Below are positions 29,462 to 38,308 of a stretch of 64,000 nt of DNA, in pieces (within the stretch, counting starts at the first letter, position 1; every line of letters starts with the position of its first letter). The notes under the pieces were generated by a model. That model searched no databases. It was not told where the DNA came from and saw only the letters and a list, made by a program, of their open reading frames with translations. This DNA comes from an uncultured Rikenellaceae bacterium (GTDB taxonomy: Bacteria; Bacteroidota; Bacteroidia; Bacteroidales; VadinHA17). The DNA lies in assembly GCA_963802145.1 (NCBI GenBank), contig CAWDHN010000006.1, forward strand, positions 7,434 through 71,433. Direction: 5' to 3'. A program made the position numbers and the translations under genes.

Positions 29462-32400
29462 ATGAAAAAAATTCTGACAGTAGCTTTGGTAATCGTGCTT
29501 GCCGGTTCATGCAGCCTGTGGGCACAGAAAAAGGAGACAAAGAAAGATGCGAAGGGATCTGAGACCCAGGTCAAGCCTTCCGTCCCCACCTCCCTATTCA
29601 GTAACATAACATTCAGGTCTGTGGGCCCTGCATGGGCTTCGGGACGTATTGCCGACCTGGCTGTAAACCCCTGCAATCATTCCGAGATCTATGCCGCGAT
29701 AGCTTCAGGCAACATCTGGAAGAGCGTAAACAACGGGACCACATGGCAACCAATATTTGACAAATACGGTGCTTATGCCATTGGGTGCATTGTGATTGAT
29801 CCCAGCAACCATAATGTCGTATGGGCCGGAACAGGCGAGAACAACCACCAGCGCGCACTCGGCTGGGGTGACGGCGTCTATCGCTCAGACGATGCAGGTG
29901 CCAGCTGGAAGAATATGGGGCTGAAGGAATCACGGCAGATAGGCGGTATCGCCATCGATCCCCGTAACAGTGATGTAGTCTATGTGGCTGCTGAGGGATC
30001 AGTGTGGGGGCCCGGCGGAGAGCGCGGGCTGTACAAATCAGTAAACGGCGGCAAGTCGTGGGAAAAGATCCTGAATATCAGCGAAAACACCGGTATCAAC
30101 AACGTGGTGCTCGATCCCCGTAATCCTGACGTGATCTATGCCACCAGCGAACAGCGGCGCAGGCACGTGGGACTGAAGATAAGCGGCGGCCCGGAGTCGG
30201 CCGTCTACAAATCCACCAACGGAGGCGTGTCATTCGACAAAATCATGAAGGGCCTCCCGGGAGGTGACATAGGCGGTATGGGCATCGCAATTTCGCCGGT
30301 AAACCCTGACGTGCTCTATCTTATCGTGGAGGCACAGGGCGAATCAGGGGGCTTCTACAGGACAGTGAACAGGGGCGCCTCGTGGGAGAGGATGAACTCA
30401 TACCATGCCAGCGGACAGTATTACAACAAGATAATATGTGATCCGAAGGATGTCGACCGGGTCTTCAGCCTTGATACATATACCCAGGTCACCCTTGACG
30501 GCGGCAAGACATTTTCAAGGGTGAGCAACGAAGGACGCCATGTGGATGACCACGCCATGTGGATCGATCCGGATGACACCAAACACTTCTACATAGGTGG
30601 CGACGGCGGCATCTACGAGACATGGGACAACGGCACTAATTTCATCTTCAAGTCGAATCTGCCCGTTACACAGTTCTACAGGGTGGCTGTTGATAACTCC
30701 TACCCCTTCTATTATATATATGGTGGCACCCAGGACAACAACTCCATGGGAGGACCCTCGGCAAGCACAAGCGACGGTGTGACCAATGACGACTGGTTTG
30801 TGACACAGGGAGGCGACGGCTTCTGGGTGGCTATTGACCCGACAGATCCGAATATCGTCTATACCGAATCACAGTATGGCAATGCATCGCGCTATGACCG
30901 CAAGAGCGGACAGAGCGTCAGCGTCAAACCCTTTCCCGGAGAAGGAGAACTGACCTACCGCTGGAACTGGGACACGCCAATACTCATCAGTCCGCATAAC
31001 AACAAACGCATCTATATGGCCGCCAACTTCCTCTTCCGCAGCGAGGACCAGGGCAGCAACTGGAAGACGATATCTCCGGACCTTACCAGGAATGAGAACA
31101 GGGACAACCTCAAGGTTATGGACAAATACTGGCCGGCTGATGCCGTCGCCAAAAACAAATCCACCTCACTCCTTGGCACAATCATTGCGCTCACAGAGTC
31201 AAAGGTTCAGAAAGACCTCCTCTATACAGGGAGCGATGACGGCGTGCTTTCGGTTACGGAAGACGGCGGGGCAAACTGGAGGATGATCAAGACCTTCCCG
31301 GGTGTGCCGGAATATGCCTATGTGAGTGATATCCTGGCCGACAAGTTCAATGCTGACATTGTCTACGTCACCTTTAACAATCATTTGCGTGACGACTTCA
31401 AGCCCTACGTTCTGAAGAGCACTGACAAGGGAAAGAACTGGATCTCCGTCAGCGGCAACCTGCCGGCGAACGGCCCCGTGCATACCATTGAGCAGGATCA
31501 CCTGAACCCGAACCTGCTGTTCCTGGGCACGGAATTCAGTTTCTTTGTCTCATTTGACGGCGGCACCAGCTGGACCGAGTTCAACAAGGGACTCCCGACG
31601 ATAGCTGTCCGTGACATAGCCATCCAGGAGCGTGAAAATGACCTCGTCATAGCAACGTTCGGAAGGGGATTCTATGTGATAGACGACTACACACCGCTCC
31701 GCAACTACAAAAAGGAGATTATGGGAAAACCCGGCTACATTTTCCCCGTCAGGGAGGCAAAGATGTTTGTCCAGACCAGTGAATTTGACAACCAGGGTTC
31801 AATGTACTATATGGCGAAAAACCCGGCTTACGGTGCAACTGTGACATACTATGTGGATACTGTCCCGAAAACCGGGAAGGATATCAGAAAGGATATGGAG
31901 AAGAAGCTATCTGAAAAGGGTGAGTTCATTCCCCAGCCGACAGCGAGGGAGCTGAGCCTGGAAGAGAGGGAGATCAAACCCTATCTCATCTTCACCATTA
32001 CCGATGATGACGGAAACGTCATCCGTAAGCTCTACAAGTCAGCATCAAAGGGTGTAGGCCGGGTGACATGGAACTTCACCTATGCCGGTTATCAGCCGGT
32101 CAGGGCAACTGAAAAGTTCAACCCTGTGTCAGAGGGCGAGGGTCGCAGCAGATGGGGCGGCGGAGGCATCTCTGTGATGCCGGGCAAATACTTCATCTCA
32201 ATGGCAATGTATGCCAAGGGTGAGGTGAAGGAGCTTGCCGGTCCCGAACCGTTTGTCTGCAAACCGCTTGACATTGTGACAATGCCTGTCACCGATGCTG
32301 CGGCCAAAGAGAGCTGGCTGAAGGAGATGACTGCACTCGCAAAGACAGCATATGGAGCCATCTCATATGCTGCAGAGCTCGAGAGCAAGGTGAACACCAT

Positions 32401-32764
32401 CATGCAGACCATACATCAGACGCCCGAAGCACCGGCATCGCTCATGAAGGAAGCTGCTGCACTCAGCGATGAGATGAGCGAGATCACCTATCTCATCAGG
32501 GGTATTTCCGTCGGGGCCAGCACGGAGGAGACTCCTCCGTCACCGGTATCGCTGTCGGCAAGGCTCTCAGCCATGTCAAGATCACTTTACGGCAACACGG
32601 GTGACATCTCCGGTATCGCCGACCAGCAGTTCCGGATCCTGAAGAAGGAGTTCCCCGTTCTGCTTGAGAGGATACAGAAGGCAGGCGTGGCTGTTGATGC
32701 CATGAATGCCAGTCTTGACGAGATCAGGGCGCCGTGGACCTCAGGGAGGGTCCCGAAACTGTAA
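29462..32764 (+). CDS. Secreted BNR/Asp-box repeat beta-propeller protein (sortilin/VPS10-like)
   Basis: 1100 aa with a signal peptide and at least 9 Asp-box motifs (SxDxGxxW type), for example SDDAGASWKN, SVNGGKSWEK, SEDQGSNWKT, STDKGKNWIS, SFDGGTSWTE. Confidence 0.8.
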   Translation: MKKILTVALVIVLAGSCSLWAQKKETKKDAKGSETQVKPSVPTSLFSNITFRSVGPAWASGRIADLAVNPCNHSEIYAAIASGNIWKSVNNGTTWQPIFDKYGAYAIGCIVIDPSNHNVVWAGTGENNHQRALGWGDGVYRSDDAGASWKNMGLKESRQIGGIAIDPRNSDVVYVAAEGSVWGPGGERGLYKSVNGGKSWEKILNISENTGINNVVLDPRNPDVIYATSEQRRRHVGLKISGGPESAVYKSTNGGVSFDKIMKGLPGGDIGGMGIAISPVNPDVLYLIVEAQGESGGFYRTVNRGASWERMNSYHASGQYYNKIICDPKDVDRVFSLDTYTQVTLDGGKTFSRVSNEGRHVDDHAMWIDPDDTKHFYIGGDGGIYETWDNGTNFIFKSNLPVTQFYRVAVDNSYPFYYIYGGTQDNNSMGGPSASTSDGVTNDDWFVTQGGDGFWVAIDPTDPNIVYTESQYGNASRYDRKSGQSVSVKPFPGEGELTYRWNWDTPILISPHNNKRIYMAANFLFRSEDQGSNWKTISPDLTRNENRDNLKVMDKYWPADAVAKNKSTSLLGTIIALTESKVQKDLLYTGSDDGVLSVTEDGGANWRMIKTFPGVPEYAYVSDILADKFNADIVYVTFNNHLRDDFKPYVLKSTDKGKNWISVSGNLPANGPVHTIEQDHLNPNLLFLGTEFSFFVSFDGGTSWTEFNKGLPTIAVRDIAIQERENDLVIATFGRGFYVIDDYTPLRNYKKEIMGKPGYIFPVREAKMFVQTSEFDNQGSMYYMAKNPAYGATVTYYVDTVPKTGKDIRKDMEKKLSEKGEFIPQPTARELSLEEREIKPYLIFTITDDDGNVIRKLYKSASKGVGRVTWNFTYAGYQPVRATEKFNPVSEGEGRSRWGGGGISVMPGKYFISMAMYAKGEVKELAGPEPFVCKPLDIVTMPVTDAAAKESWLKEMTALAKTAYGAISYAAELESKVNTIMQTIHQTPEAPASLMKEAAALSDEMSEITYLIRGISVGASTEETPPSPVSLSARLSAMSRSLYGNTGDISGIADQQFRILKKEFPVLLERIQKAGVAVDAMNASLDEIRAPWTSGRVPKL

Positions 32765-32786
32765 CGGCAGCCTGCTGAATGCAAAA

Positions 32787-32820
32787 AAAACCGGTTCTGT
32801 TCCCAGAGCCGGTTTTTTTA
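32787..32820. terminator. Bidirectional intrinsic terminator
   Basis: A-run, then AACCGGTTCT-GTTCCC-AGAGCCGGTT (one G:U pair), then a T-run. It lies 23 nt after the stop of the BNR protein. Confidence 0.75.
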
Positions 32821-32821
32821 T

Positions 32822-32905
32822 AAGTCATAAAGTCTTGAAAATTTGCGATTTGCGATTTGCGATTTGCGATTAAATCGACAATCGAAAATCTTAAATCGAA
32901 AATTC
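32822..32905 (-). repeat. Heptad-hairpin intergenic element, copy C
   Basis: Read on the minus strand, beginning 12 nt after the msrBA stop: GAATTTTCGATTTAAGATTTTCGATTGTCGATTTAA followed by (TCGCAAA)x4. On the plus strand this is (ATTTGCG)x4 at 32841-32868. It ends in TAAGTCATAAAGTCT nonamer-like units. Confidence 0.88.
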
Positions 32906-32914
32906 TTCTTCTGC

Positions 32915-33850
32915 CTAGAAACGTTTGGTATACGCATGGCAATAAGGAACCTTCCCGTTCCGGAAATAGTAATCCTGGTGATATTCCTCTGCAGGATAGA
33001 ACTCAGAGGCCTTCGTAACCTCCGTGGCTACCTTCACTCCCTTTGCCTTCAGCACTCCCAGCAGCTTCTCCGCCACCTTCTTCTGGTCAGCGTTCTTGTA
33101 GAAGATCTCCGAGCGGTACTGGTCACCTATGTCAGGGCCCTGTCTCCCGATCTGTGTGGGGTCATGTATCTCCAGGAAGAGCATAAGCAGTTTTTCGTAC
33201 GAAGTCTTCTTCAGGTCATACGTCACCTTCACTGTCTCGGCATGTCCGGTCCTGCCTGTAACAACCTCGCGGTAAGAGGGATTTTTAACATGGCCGCCTG
33301 TGAAGCCTGAAACTACGGCCACAACACCCGGTTCTTTCTGAAGGAAGTACTCCACCCCCCAGAAGCATCCCCCGGCGAACAGTGCGGTACCATAGTTACC
33401 GGCAGGGAGAACCGCCGGCACAAAATCGAGGGAGACAGAGTTGACGCAGTGACGGGTATTCTTCGGGGTAAAACCCTCTCCTGTGAAGACATGACCCAGG
33501 TGTCCGTTGCATGATGCACACACTATCTCAGTACGCATGCCGTCAGCATCCCTTATACGTTTGACCGCACCGTCTATCTCATCGTCAAAGCTGGGCCAGC
33601 CGCAGCTGGCATCGAACTTGGCATCAGACTGGTACAGCGCATTGCCGCACTGCTTGCAGAGATAGGTACCCTTGCCATTGAACTTTTCATATATTCCAGT
33701 GAACGGATATTCCGTTGACTTACTGATAATTATCTTAGATTCTTCCGAAGTAAGATCATTGTATGCAGGTCTATCCTGCGATGTCATTTCCTTTTCCATT
33801 GAAAGCAAAGCTATGGTAAAAAATAATGTAGTATAAATGTGTGATTTCAT
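32915..33850 (-). CDS. msrAB: Bifunctional methionine sulfoxide reductase B/A, secreted
   Basis: Signal peptide, an MsrB part (CKQCGNALY...CGWPSF...CASCNGHLGHVF), then an MsrA part (FAGGCFWGVEYF). Confidence 0.92.
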   Translation of the reverse strand: MKSHIYTTLFFTIALLSMEKEMTSQDRPAYNDLTSEESKIIISKSTEYPFTGIYEKFNGKGTYLCKQCGNALYQSDAKFDASCGWPSFDDEIDGAVKRIRDADGMRTEIVCASCNGHLGHVFTGEGFTPKNTRHCVNSVSLDFVPAVLPAGNYGTALFAGGCFWGVEYFLQKEPGVVAVVSGFTGGHVKNPSYREVVTGRTGHAETVKVTYDLKKTSYEKLLMLFLEIHDPTQIGRQGPDIGDQYRSEIFYKNADQKKVAEKLLGVLKAKGVKVATEVTKASEFYPAEEYHQDYYFRNGKVPYCHAYTKRF

Positions 33851-33983
33851 TGTAACCTGTTTCCTTAAATAACAATTCAGTACGTTGAAGGTTTAAAAAA
33901 ACCTCTGTATCAAAATAATAATATGGCACAAATCTTGTTTTAAAAATAAAGTTAATTTTGTCACAGACTTAAAGGCAGGTAAT

Positions 33984-34109
33984 ATGAAAAAAGTTAGTCT
34001 TATTGTTGTTCTCGCTTTTATTGCTGCGCTTGTGCTCAGTTCATGCAACCGTGAAGCATGCCCCGCATACAGCAGCAACGATACGGAAACAACGGAGCAG
34101 GCAGGCTGA
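33984..34109 (+). CDS. Small lipoprotein (41 aa), not in the ORF track
   Basis: From ATG at 33984: MKKVSLIVVLAFIAALVLSSCNREACPAYSSNDTETTEQAG, ending in TGA at 34107-09. It has a canonical signal peptide plus lipobox (LSSC) and lies just upstream of a secreted protein gene. Confidence 0.55.
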   Translation: MKKVSLIVVLAFIAALVLSSCNREACPAYSSNDTETTEQAG

Positions 34110-34152
34110 ACCTTCCTCCCTCCCTATTGCCAGTCTTGATATCTGCGATACT

Positions 34153-34947
34153 ATGAATATAAGATTGTGGCATGTTATATTATTTATTTTTGTCGCCGGG
34201 CCTCTGGCGGCACAGGGAGATCTTGATCCGCAGAACAGGCTTTTCTGGCGCAATGAGAGATCAATAGGAGCCGCTCTCAATTCTGACGGCTGGTCTGTCA
34301 TATACCGTGATCTCCGGCAGGTAAAACCATCACACAGGTATTTTCTGGAGGGAAGTGTTGAAGGCTTCAAGCACCCCAAGGAGATTAAACTCACGAACTA
34401 TTATTTCCAGGGCACGGGCACCTATGTCTTCGGCAAGCTCAACTCGACATGGACCACCGGAGTCGGGGCCGGCTATCAGATAGAGATCTTCGAAAAGCAC
34501 GACCTTGGCGGCGTATCAGTCAGCTGGTTGGGTGGTGCAGGAGTCACGCTTCTGTATGCCAAGCCCATTTACTATGATGTCATTGTTCTCGTCGGGCAGG
34601 ACTACTACACCGTTGAGCAGCAGAAGTTTGACATGACGATACATCAACCCCTTGATATCATGGGGAAGGCATCGTTCTTCATGGGCTTCGACGAGATTAA
34701 AGTATACCCCGGACTGTATGCCCGGACCGGGTTCAGTTTCGAATACAGCAAGAATGACAGGGTGACACATGCCATTGAGGTGGGTGCCTCCCTACATGCC
34801 TTTTCAAACGTTATCCCCATCATGGCCTCCGAAGACAACAAGCAGTTCTTTCCTGCAATATTTGTCAGTTACCGCATCGGAATGATCCTTGATCCCATGA
34901 ACCCGGGCGGCCTCTTCAACCTGCTGCGCCGGCAGCCACAGGAATAA
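34153..34947 (+). CDS. Hypothetical secreted or outer-membrane protein
   Basis: The internal ATG at 34153 gives MNIRLWHVILFIFVAGPLAAQG, a signal peptide. The track start at 34003 adds a non-signal extension that overlaps the small lipoprotein ORF. I recognise no family. Confidence 0.6.
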   Translation: MNIRLWHVILFIFVAGPLAAQGDLDPQNRLFWRNERSIGAALNSDGWSVIYRDLRQVKPSHRYFLEGSVEGFKHPKEIKLTNYYFQGTGTYVFGKLNSTWTTGVGAGYQIEIFEKHDLGGVSVSWLGGAGVTLLYAKPIYYDVIVLVGQDYYTVEQQKFDMTIHQPLDIMGKASFFMGFDEIKVYPGLYARTGFSFEYSKNDRVTHAIEVGASLHAFSNVIPIMASEDNKQFFPAIFVSYRIGMILDPMNPGGLFNLLRRQPQE

Positions 34948-34959
34948 TTTACACCCTTC

Positions 34960-34990
34960 TTTGGCCTCTCCTTTTTATTTTGTACCTTTG
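34960..34990 (+). promoter_or_regulatory. Bacteroidota-type promoter of gap
   Basis: TTTG (34960-63), a 19-nt spacer, then TACCTTTG (34983-90), 36 nt upstream of the ATG. Confidence 0.55.
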
Positions 34991-35025
34991 TCGTTCATTT
35001 CAATAATCATATTAACGTATTAACA

Positions 35026-36036
35026 ATGGCAAAGATTAAAGTAGCAATCAACGGTTTCGGAAGGATAGGCCGCAATGTGTTCAAACTGGCATTTGACAGG
35101 CCTGATATTGAGATAATAGGCATCAATGACCTCACCGATACAAAAACTCTTGCTCATCTTCTCAAGTATGACTCTACTCAGGGTCAGTTCCCGGGAGTCA
35201 CTCATGATGAGCAGAACATCATCGTCAGAGGTGATAAGATCAGAGTACACTCAGAAAAGAATCCTGCAGCTATTCAATGGGAGAGCACGCCTGACATCGT
35301 AATAGAGTCAACGGGCATCTTCACCTCCAAGGAGAGTCCCAAGGGAGGATACGGCGACCATCTCAAGAACGGCGCGAAGAAGGTTATCCTTACCGTTCCC
35401 TCAAAGGATGCCATAGATGCGATGATAGTCGTAGGCGTCAATGATGAGATGCTCAAGCCTGAGCACTCCTGTGTTTCAAACGCATCATGCACAACCAACT
35501 GTCTGGCCCCCGTGGCAAAGGTTCTCAATGACAACTGGGGAATAGAGATAGGGTTCATGACCACGATACACTCATATACCAATGACCAGCGTATCCTTGA
35601 TCTTCCGCACAAGGACCTTCGCAGGGCCAGGTCAGCTGCCCTGTCACAGATTCCCACCACCACCGGTGCAGCCAAGTCAGTTGGCAAGGTCATCCCCGAG
35701 CTCAAAGGCAAGCTCGATGGTATCTCGGTTAGGGTCCCGACGCCCACCGGTTCACTGGTTGACTTCGTGGCAGTGCTTAAGAAGGCAGCCACAAAGGAAG
35801 AGATCAACGCCGCCATGAAGAAGGCAGCCGACGGTCCGATGAAAGGCATTCTCGAATATACTGAAGACGAGATCGTTTCCGTCGACGTGATACATAACCC
35901 TGCTTCATCAATATTCGATGCACAGAGTACAATGGTCAACGGCACGATGATCAAGGTGCTTGCATGGTACGATAATGAATGGGGTTATTCCGCAAGATGC
36001 GTTGACCTCATTTCAATGATGGCCAAATCGCTTTAA
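35026..36036 (+). CDS. gap: Type I glyceraldehyde-3-phosphate dehydrogenase
   Basis: 336 aa with INGFGRIGR, the active site SNASCTTNCLAP, and WYDNEWGYS. Confidence 0.98.
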   Translation: MAKIKVAINGFGRIGRNVFKLAFDRPDIEIIGINDLTDTKTLAHLLKYDSTQGQFPGVTHDEQNIIVRGDKIRVHSEKNPAAIQWESTPDIVIESTGIFTSKESPKGGYGDHLKNGAKKVILTVPSKDAIDAMIVVGVNDEMLKPEHSCVSNASCTTNCLAPVAKVLNDNWGIEIGFMTTIHSYTNDQRILDLPHKDLRRARSAALSQIPTTTGAAKSVGKVIPELKGKLDGISVRVPTPTGSLVDFVAVLKKAATKEEINAAMKKAADGPMKGILEYTEDEIVSVDVIHNPASSIFDAQSTMVNGTMIKVLAWYDNEWGYSARCVDLISMMAKSL

Positions 36037-36053
36037 GACTTTCCGTCATATTT

Positions 36054-36098
36054 AAACAGGAAGAGACGCCTCCCAAGGGCGTCTCTTCCTGTTTTATT
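36054..36098 (+). terminator. Intrinsic terminator after gap
   Basis: 17-bp stem AAACAGGAAGAGACGCC / GGCGTCTCTTCCTGTTT followed by TATT. Confidence 0.8.
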
Positions 36099-36110
36099 CC
36101 GGATCGGCCG

Positions 36111-36482
36111 TCATAGTACCATCTGGACATCGAGGTTCACGCCGGCGGCGTCACGGTAGTGTTCACCGAGCTCATGCATTGACTCATCGTCCTCCTCATA
36201 AAGCCATGTAATCTTAATCCTGTACTGGGGAGGCCTGTATTCACTGATCATACGGAGCACATCACGCAGGGCCTTCGATGAACCGCTGTTGATGTATTCC
36301 AGGAATATTACCACCCTCAGCTGGTTGAACCTGCTGAGGTGCAGCCTGATCCATTCAGAGAGCGGATTGTAGATTACCTCCGGCCTCTCGGCTATGGAGC
36401 GGCCCGTTATGCTAAGGACATCTTCATCCGCATCATAGGTGATCCGCGGTATATTATTTGACCCTGCCTGAATTATTTCCAT
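36111..36482 (-). CDS. DUF1987 / SiaC-family protein
   Basis: 123 aa. I recognise the pattern ITGRSIAE.PEVIYNPL..WI......L.VVIFLEYINSGSSKAL as DUF1987 from memory. Confidence 0.6.
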   Translation of the reverse strand: MEIIQAGSNNIPRITYDADEDVLSITGRSIAERPEVIYNPLSEWIRLHLSRFNQLRVVIFLEYINSGSSKALRDVLRMISEYRPPQYRIKITWLYEEDDESMHELGEHYRDAAGVNLDVQMVL

Positions 36483-36523
36483 ATTCCTGGCATTTTATCC
36501 CTGTTCAGACCAGATTCTGCCTG

Positions 36524-37804
36524 TTATTCATAACGCAGCGCCTCTATCGGATCCACCGCCGAGGCCTTGACGGCCGGCAGGTATCCCGATGCCATTCCCA
36601 CAATGAAGCATGCGAGTACGCCTCCTATCACCCAGAGCCATGGTACGGTGAAGCTTGAGCCCATTCCCAGCGATACCAGGTTGCCGATGATTATACCTGC
36701 TATAATACCCATCAATCCTCCCATCTGACCTATTATAACCGATTCATAGAGGAACTGCTGCCTTATGACTGACTTCCTTGCTCCCAGGGCCTTGCGGACA
36801 CCTATCTCCCTCGTTCGCTCGGTTACCGAGACCAGCATTATGTTCATCAGCCCTACCGCAGCACCGAAAAGGGTTATGAGACCTATAATGGTAGCTGCAA
36901 GAGTGACATACTTGATGTTCTCCATCAGTATCTGAATGATGGAGTCGCTCTTCTGTACGTTGAAATCGGACTCATCCCGCGGATCAAGGTTGCGGACAAT
37001 GCGGAAGATTCCTTCGGCCTCGCTTGCCATCATGTCAAGACTGACCGACTTGTAGGGCATGACACCTATGTTGTATGTGATGTTTGGCCTTGAAAAATAC
37101 TGTCGGGCGGTGGTAACGGGAATGATCGTCACCTGGTCACCGCCCATCATGCTGGAGCCTTTTGATTTAATTACACCTATGACTGTCAGCTTCAGTCCAG
37201 GCAGGCTTATCTCCTGCCCCAGCGGATCCACGCCCGGGAAAAGGAACTTCACAATATCCTGCCCGATGATCACAACGTGCCTGCTGCCGAGCAGATCTTC
37301 CTGCGAGAAGTTGCGTCCTGATTCAAGCTCCTGTCCGGAAATGGTGAGATAGTCTTCATCAGAACCGATTACGGCAATATTGGGATTGGTCTTGTTGCTC
37401 CTGAAGCGGTATTCAGCCATTCCTGTTGCGTTGAAGGAGACCGAGACCCAGGCAGGCTCCTGGAACATCTCCTTAAACTCCATCGCTTCCCTGTAGGTTA
37501 TGTGCGAATGGTTCTTCGTCCGGTATTGCGCATTGCCCATGTGTACGCGCAACGACCTGGAGGTAATTGAAAACGAGTTGGCTCCCATCATTGTGAACTG
37601 CTCTGTGAGCGTGCTCTTCAGTCCGTCAATGGCAGTCAGTATGCCCACCAGCGCCATGATCCCGAACGCGATGATGGACATCGTCAGCGCAGCCCTTACC
37701 CTGTTCGACCTGATCGCCTTGAAAGCGACCCGGACATTCTCATAAAATAATGCAAATCTGCTCACACTCTTCATACCTCCTGCAATAAAGGACCTAAGAT
37801 ACAT
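36524..37804 (-). CDS. ABC transporter permease, MacB/FtsX family
   Basis: 426 aa with an N-terminal TM helix, a large periplasmic domain and a C-terminal FtsX domain of 3 TM helices (REIGVRKALGA). The start may be the Met at 37774. Confidence 0.85.
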   Translation of the reverse strand: MYLRSFIAGGMKSVSRFALFYENVRVAFKAIRSNRVRAALTMSIIAFGIMALVGILTAIDGLKSTLTEQFTMMGANSFSITSRSLRVHMGNAQYRTKNHSHITYREAMEFKEMFQEPAWVSVSFNATGMAEYRFRSNKTNPNIAVIGSDEDYLTISGQELESGRNFSQEDLLGSRHVVIIGQDIVKFLFPGVDPLGQEISLPGLKLTVIGVIKSKGSSMMGGDQVTIIPVTTARQYFSRPNITYNIGVMPYKSVSLDMMASEAEGIFRIVRNLDPRDESDFNVQKSDSIIQILMENIKYVTLAATIIGLITLFGAAVGLMNIMLVSVTERTREIGVRKALGARKSVIRQQFLYESVIIGQMGGLMGIIAGIIIGNLVSLGMGSSFTVPWLWVIGGVLACFIVGMASGYLPAVKASAVDPIEALRYE

Positions 37805-37860
37805 CTTTTATTAATTTCTGCTTACGGGTCATGCAAAATGATAATTCAGGAAAATATATT

Positions 37861-37902
37861 TAAGAAATTAGTTGTATATTTAATTTCTTAGTTATATATT
37901 TG
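37861..37902 (+). promoter_or_regulatory. Candidate BlaI-family operator palindrome overlapping the promoter
   Basis: Perfect 10-bp inverted repeat TAAGAAATTA-(10 nt)-TAATTTCTTA at 37861-37890, followed by the -7 box TATATTTG at 37895-37902. It is just upstream of the blaI-like gene. Confidence 0.5.
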
Positions 37903-37912
37903 TACTTATTAA

Positions 37913-38308
37913 ATGCATGCTATTATGGAGATAAAGGAACTGACAAGGGCTGAGGAGGAGGTAATGCAGATACTGTGGAGGCTTAAAAAGGGCTTCATCA
38001 AGGAGATACTCGAAAAATTTGACGAACCCAGGCCTGCATACTCAACCGTAAGCACCATTATAAGAATACTTCAGGATAAGGGATTTGTAAATTACAGGGC
38101 GTACGGTAGGACACACCAGTACTTTCCGGTCATATCAAAGGACGATTACCGCAAGTCACAGATGAGCAGCTTTGTGAAAAACTACTTCTCAAACTCGTAC
38201 CAGAAGATGGTTAGCTTCTTTGCCCGTGAAGATTCCATCACCGTTAAGGAGATGGAGGAGATCATGGCGATGATGAAAAATGAGGACCGTAATAAAAAGA
38301 GGAAATGA
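37913..38308 (+). CDS. BlaI/MecI/CopY-family transcriptional repressor
   Basis: 131 aa with the winged-helix N-terminus LTRAEEEVMQILW.....IKEILE...EPRPAYSTVSTIIRIL..KGFV. It overlaps the blaR1-like gene by 4 bp. Confidence 0.88.
   Translation: MHAIMEIKELTRAEEEVMQILWRLKKGFIKEILEKFDEPRPAYSTVSTIIRILQDKGFVNYRAYGRTHQYFPVISKDDYRKSQMSSFVKNYFSNSYQKMVSFFAREDSITVKEMEEIMAMMKNEDRNKKRK

Noticed and set aside
34003-34152. N-terminal 50-aa extension of the 314-aa ORF
   Set aside because: The extension has no signal peptide and overlaps the small lipoprotein ORF. The internal Met at 34153 is followed by a clean signal peptide.
35274-35954. 226-aa minus-strand ORF inside gap
   Set aside because: It is antisense to a textbook GAPDH gene.
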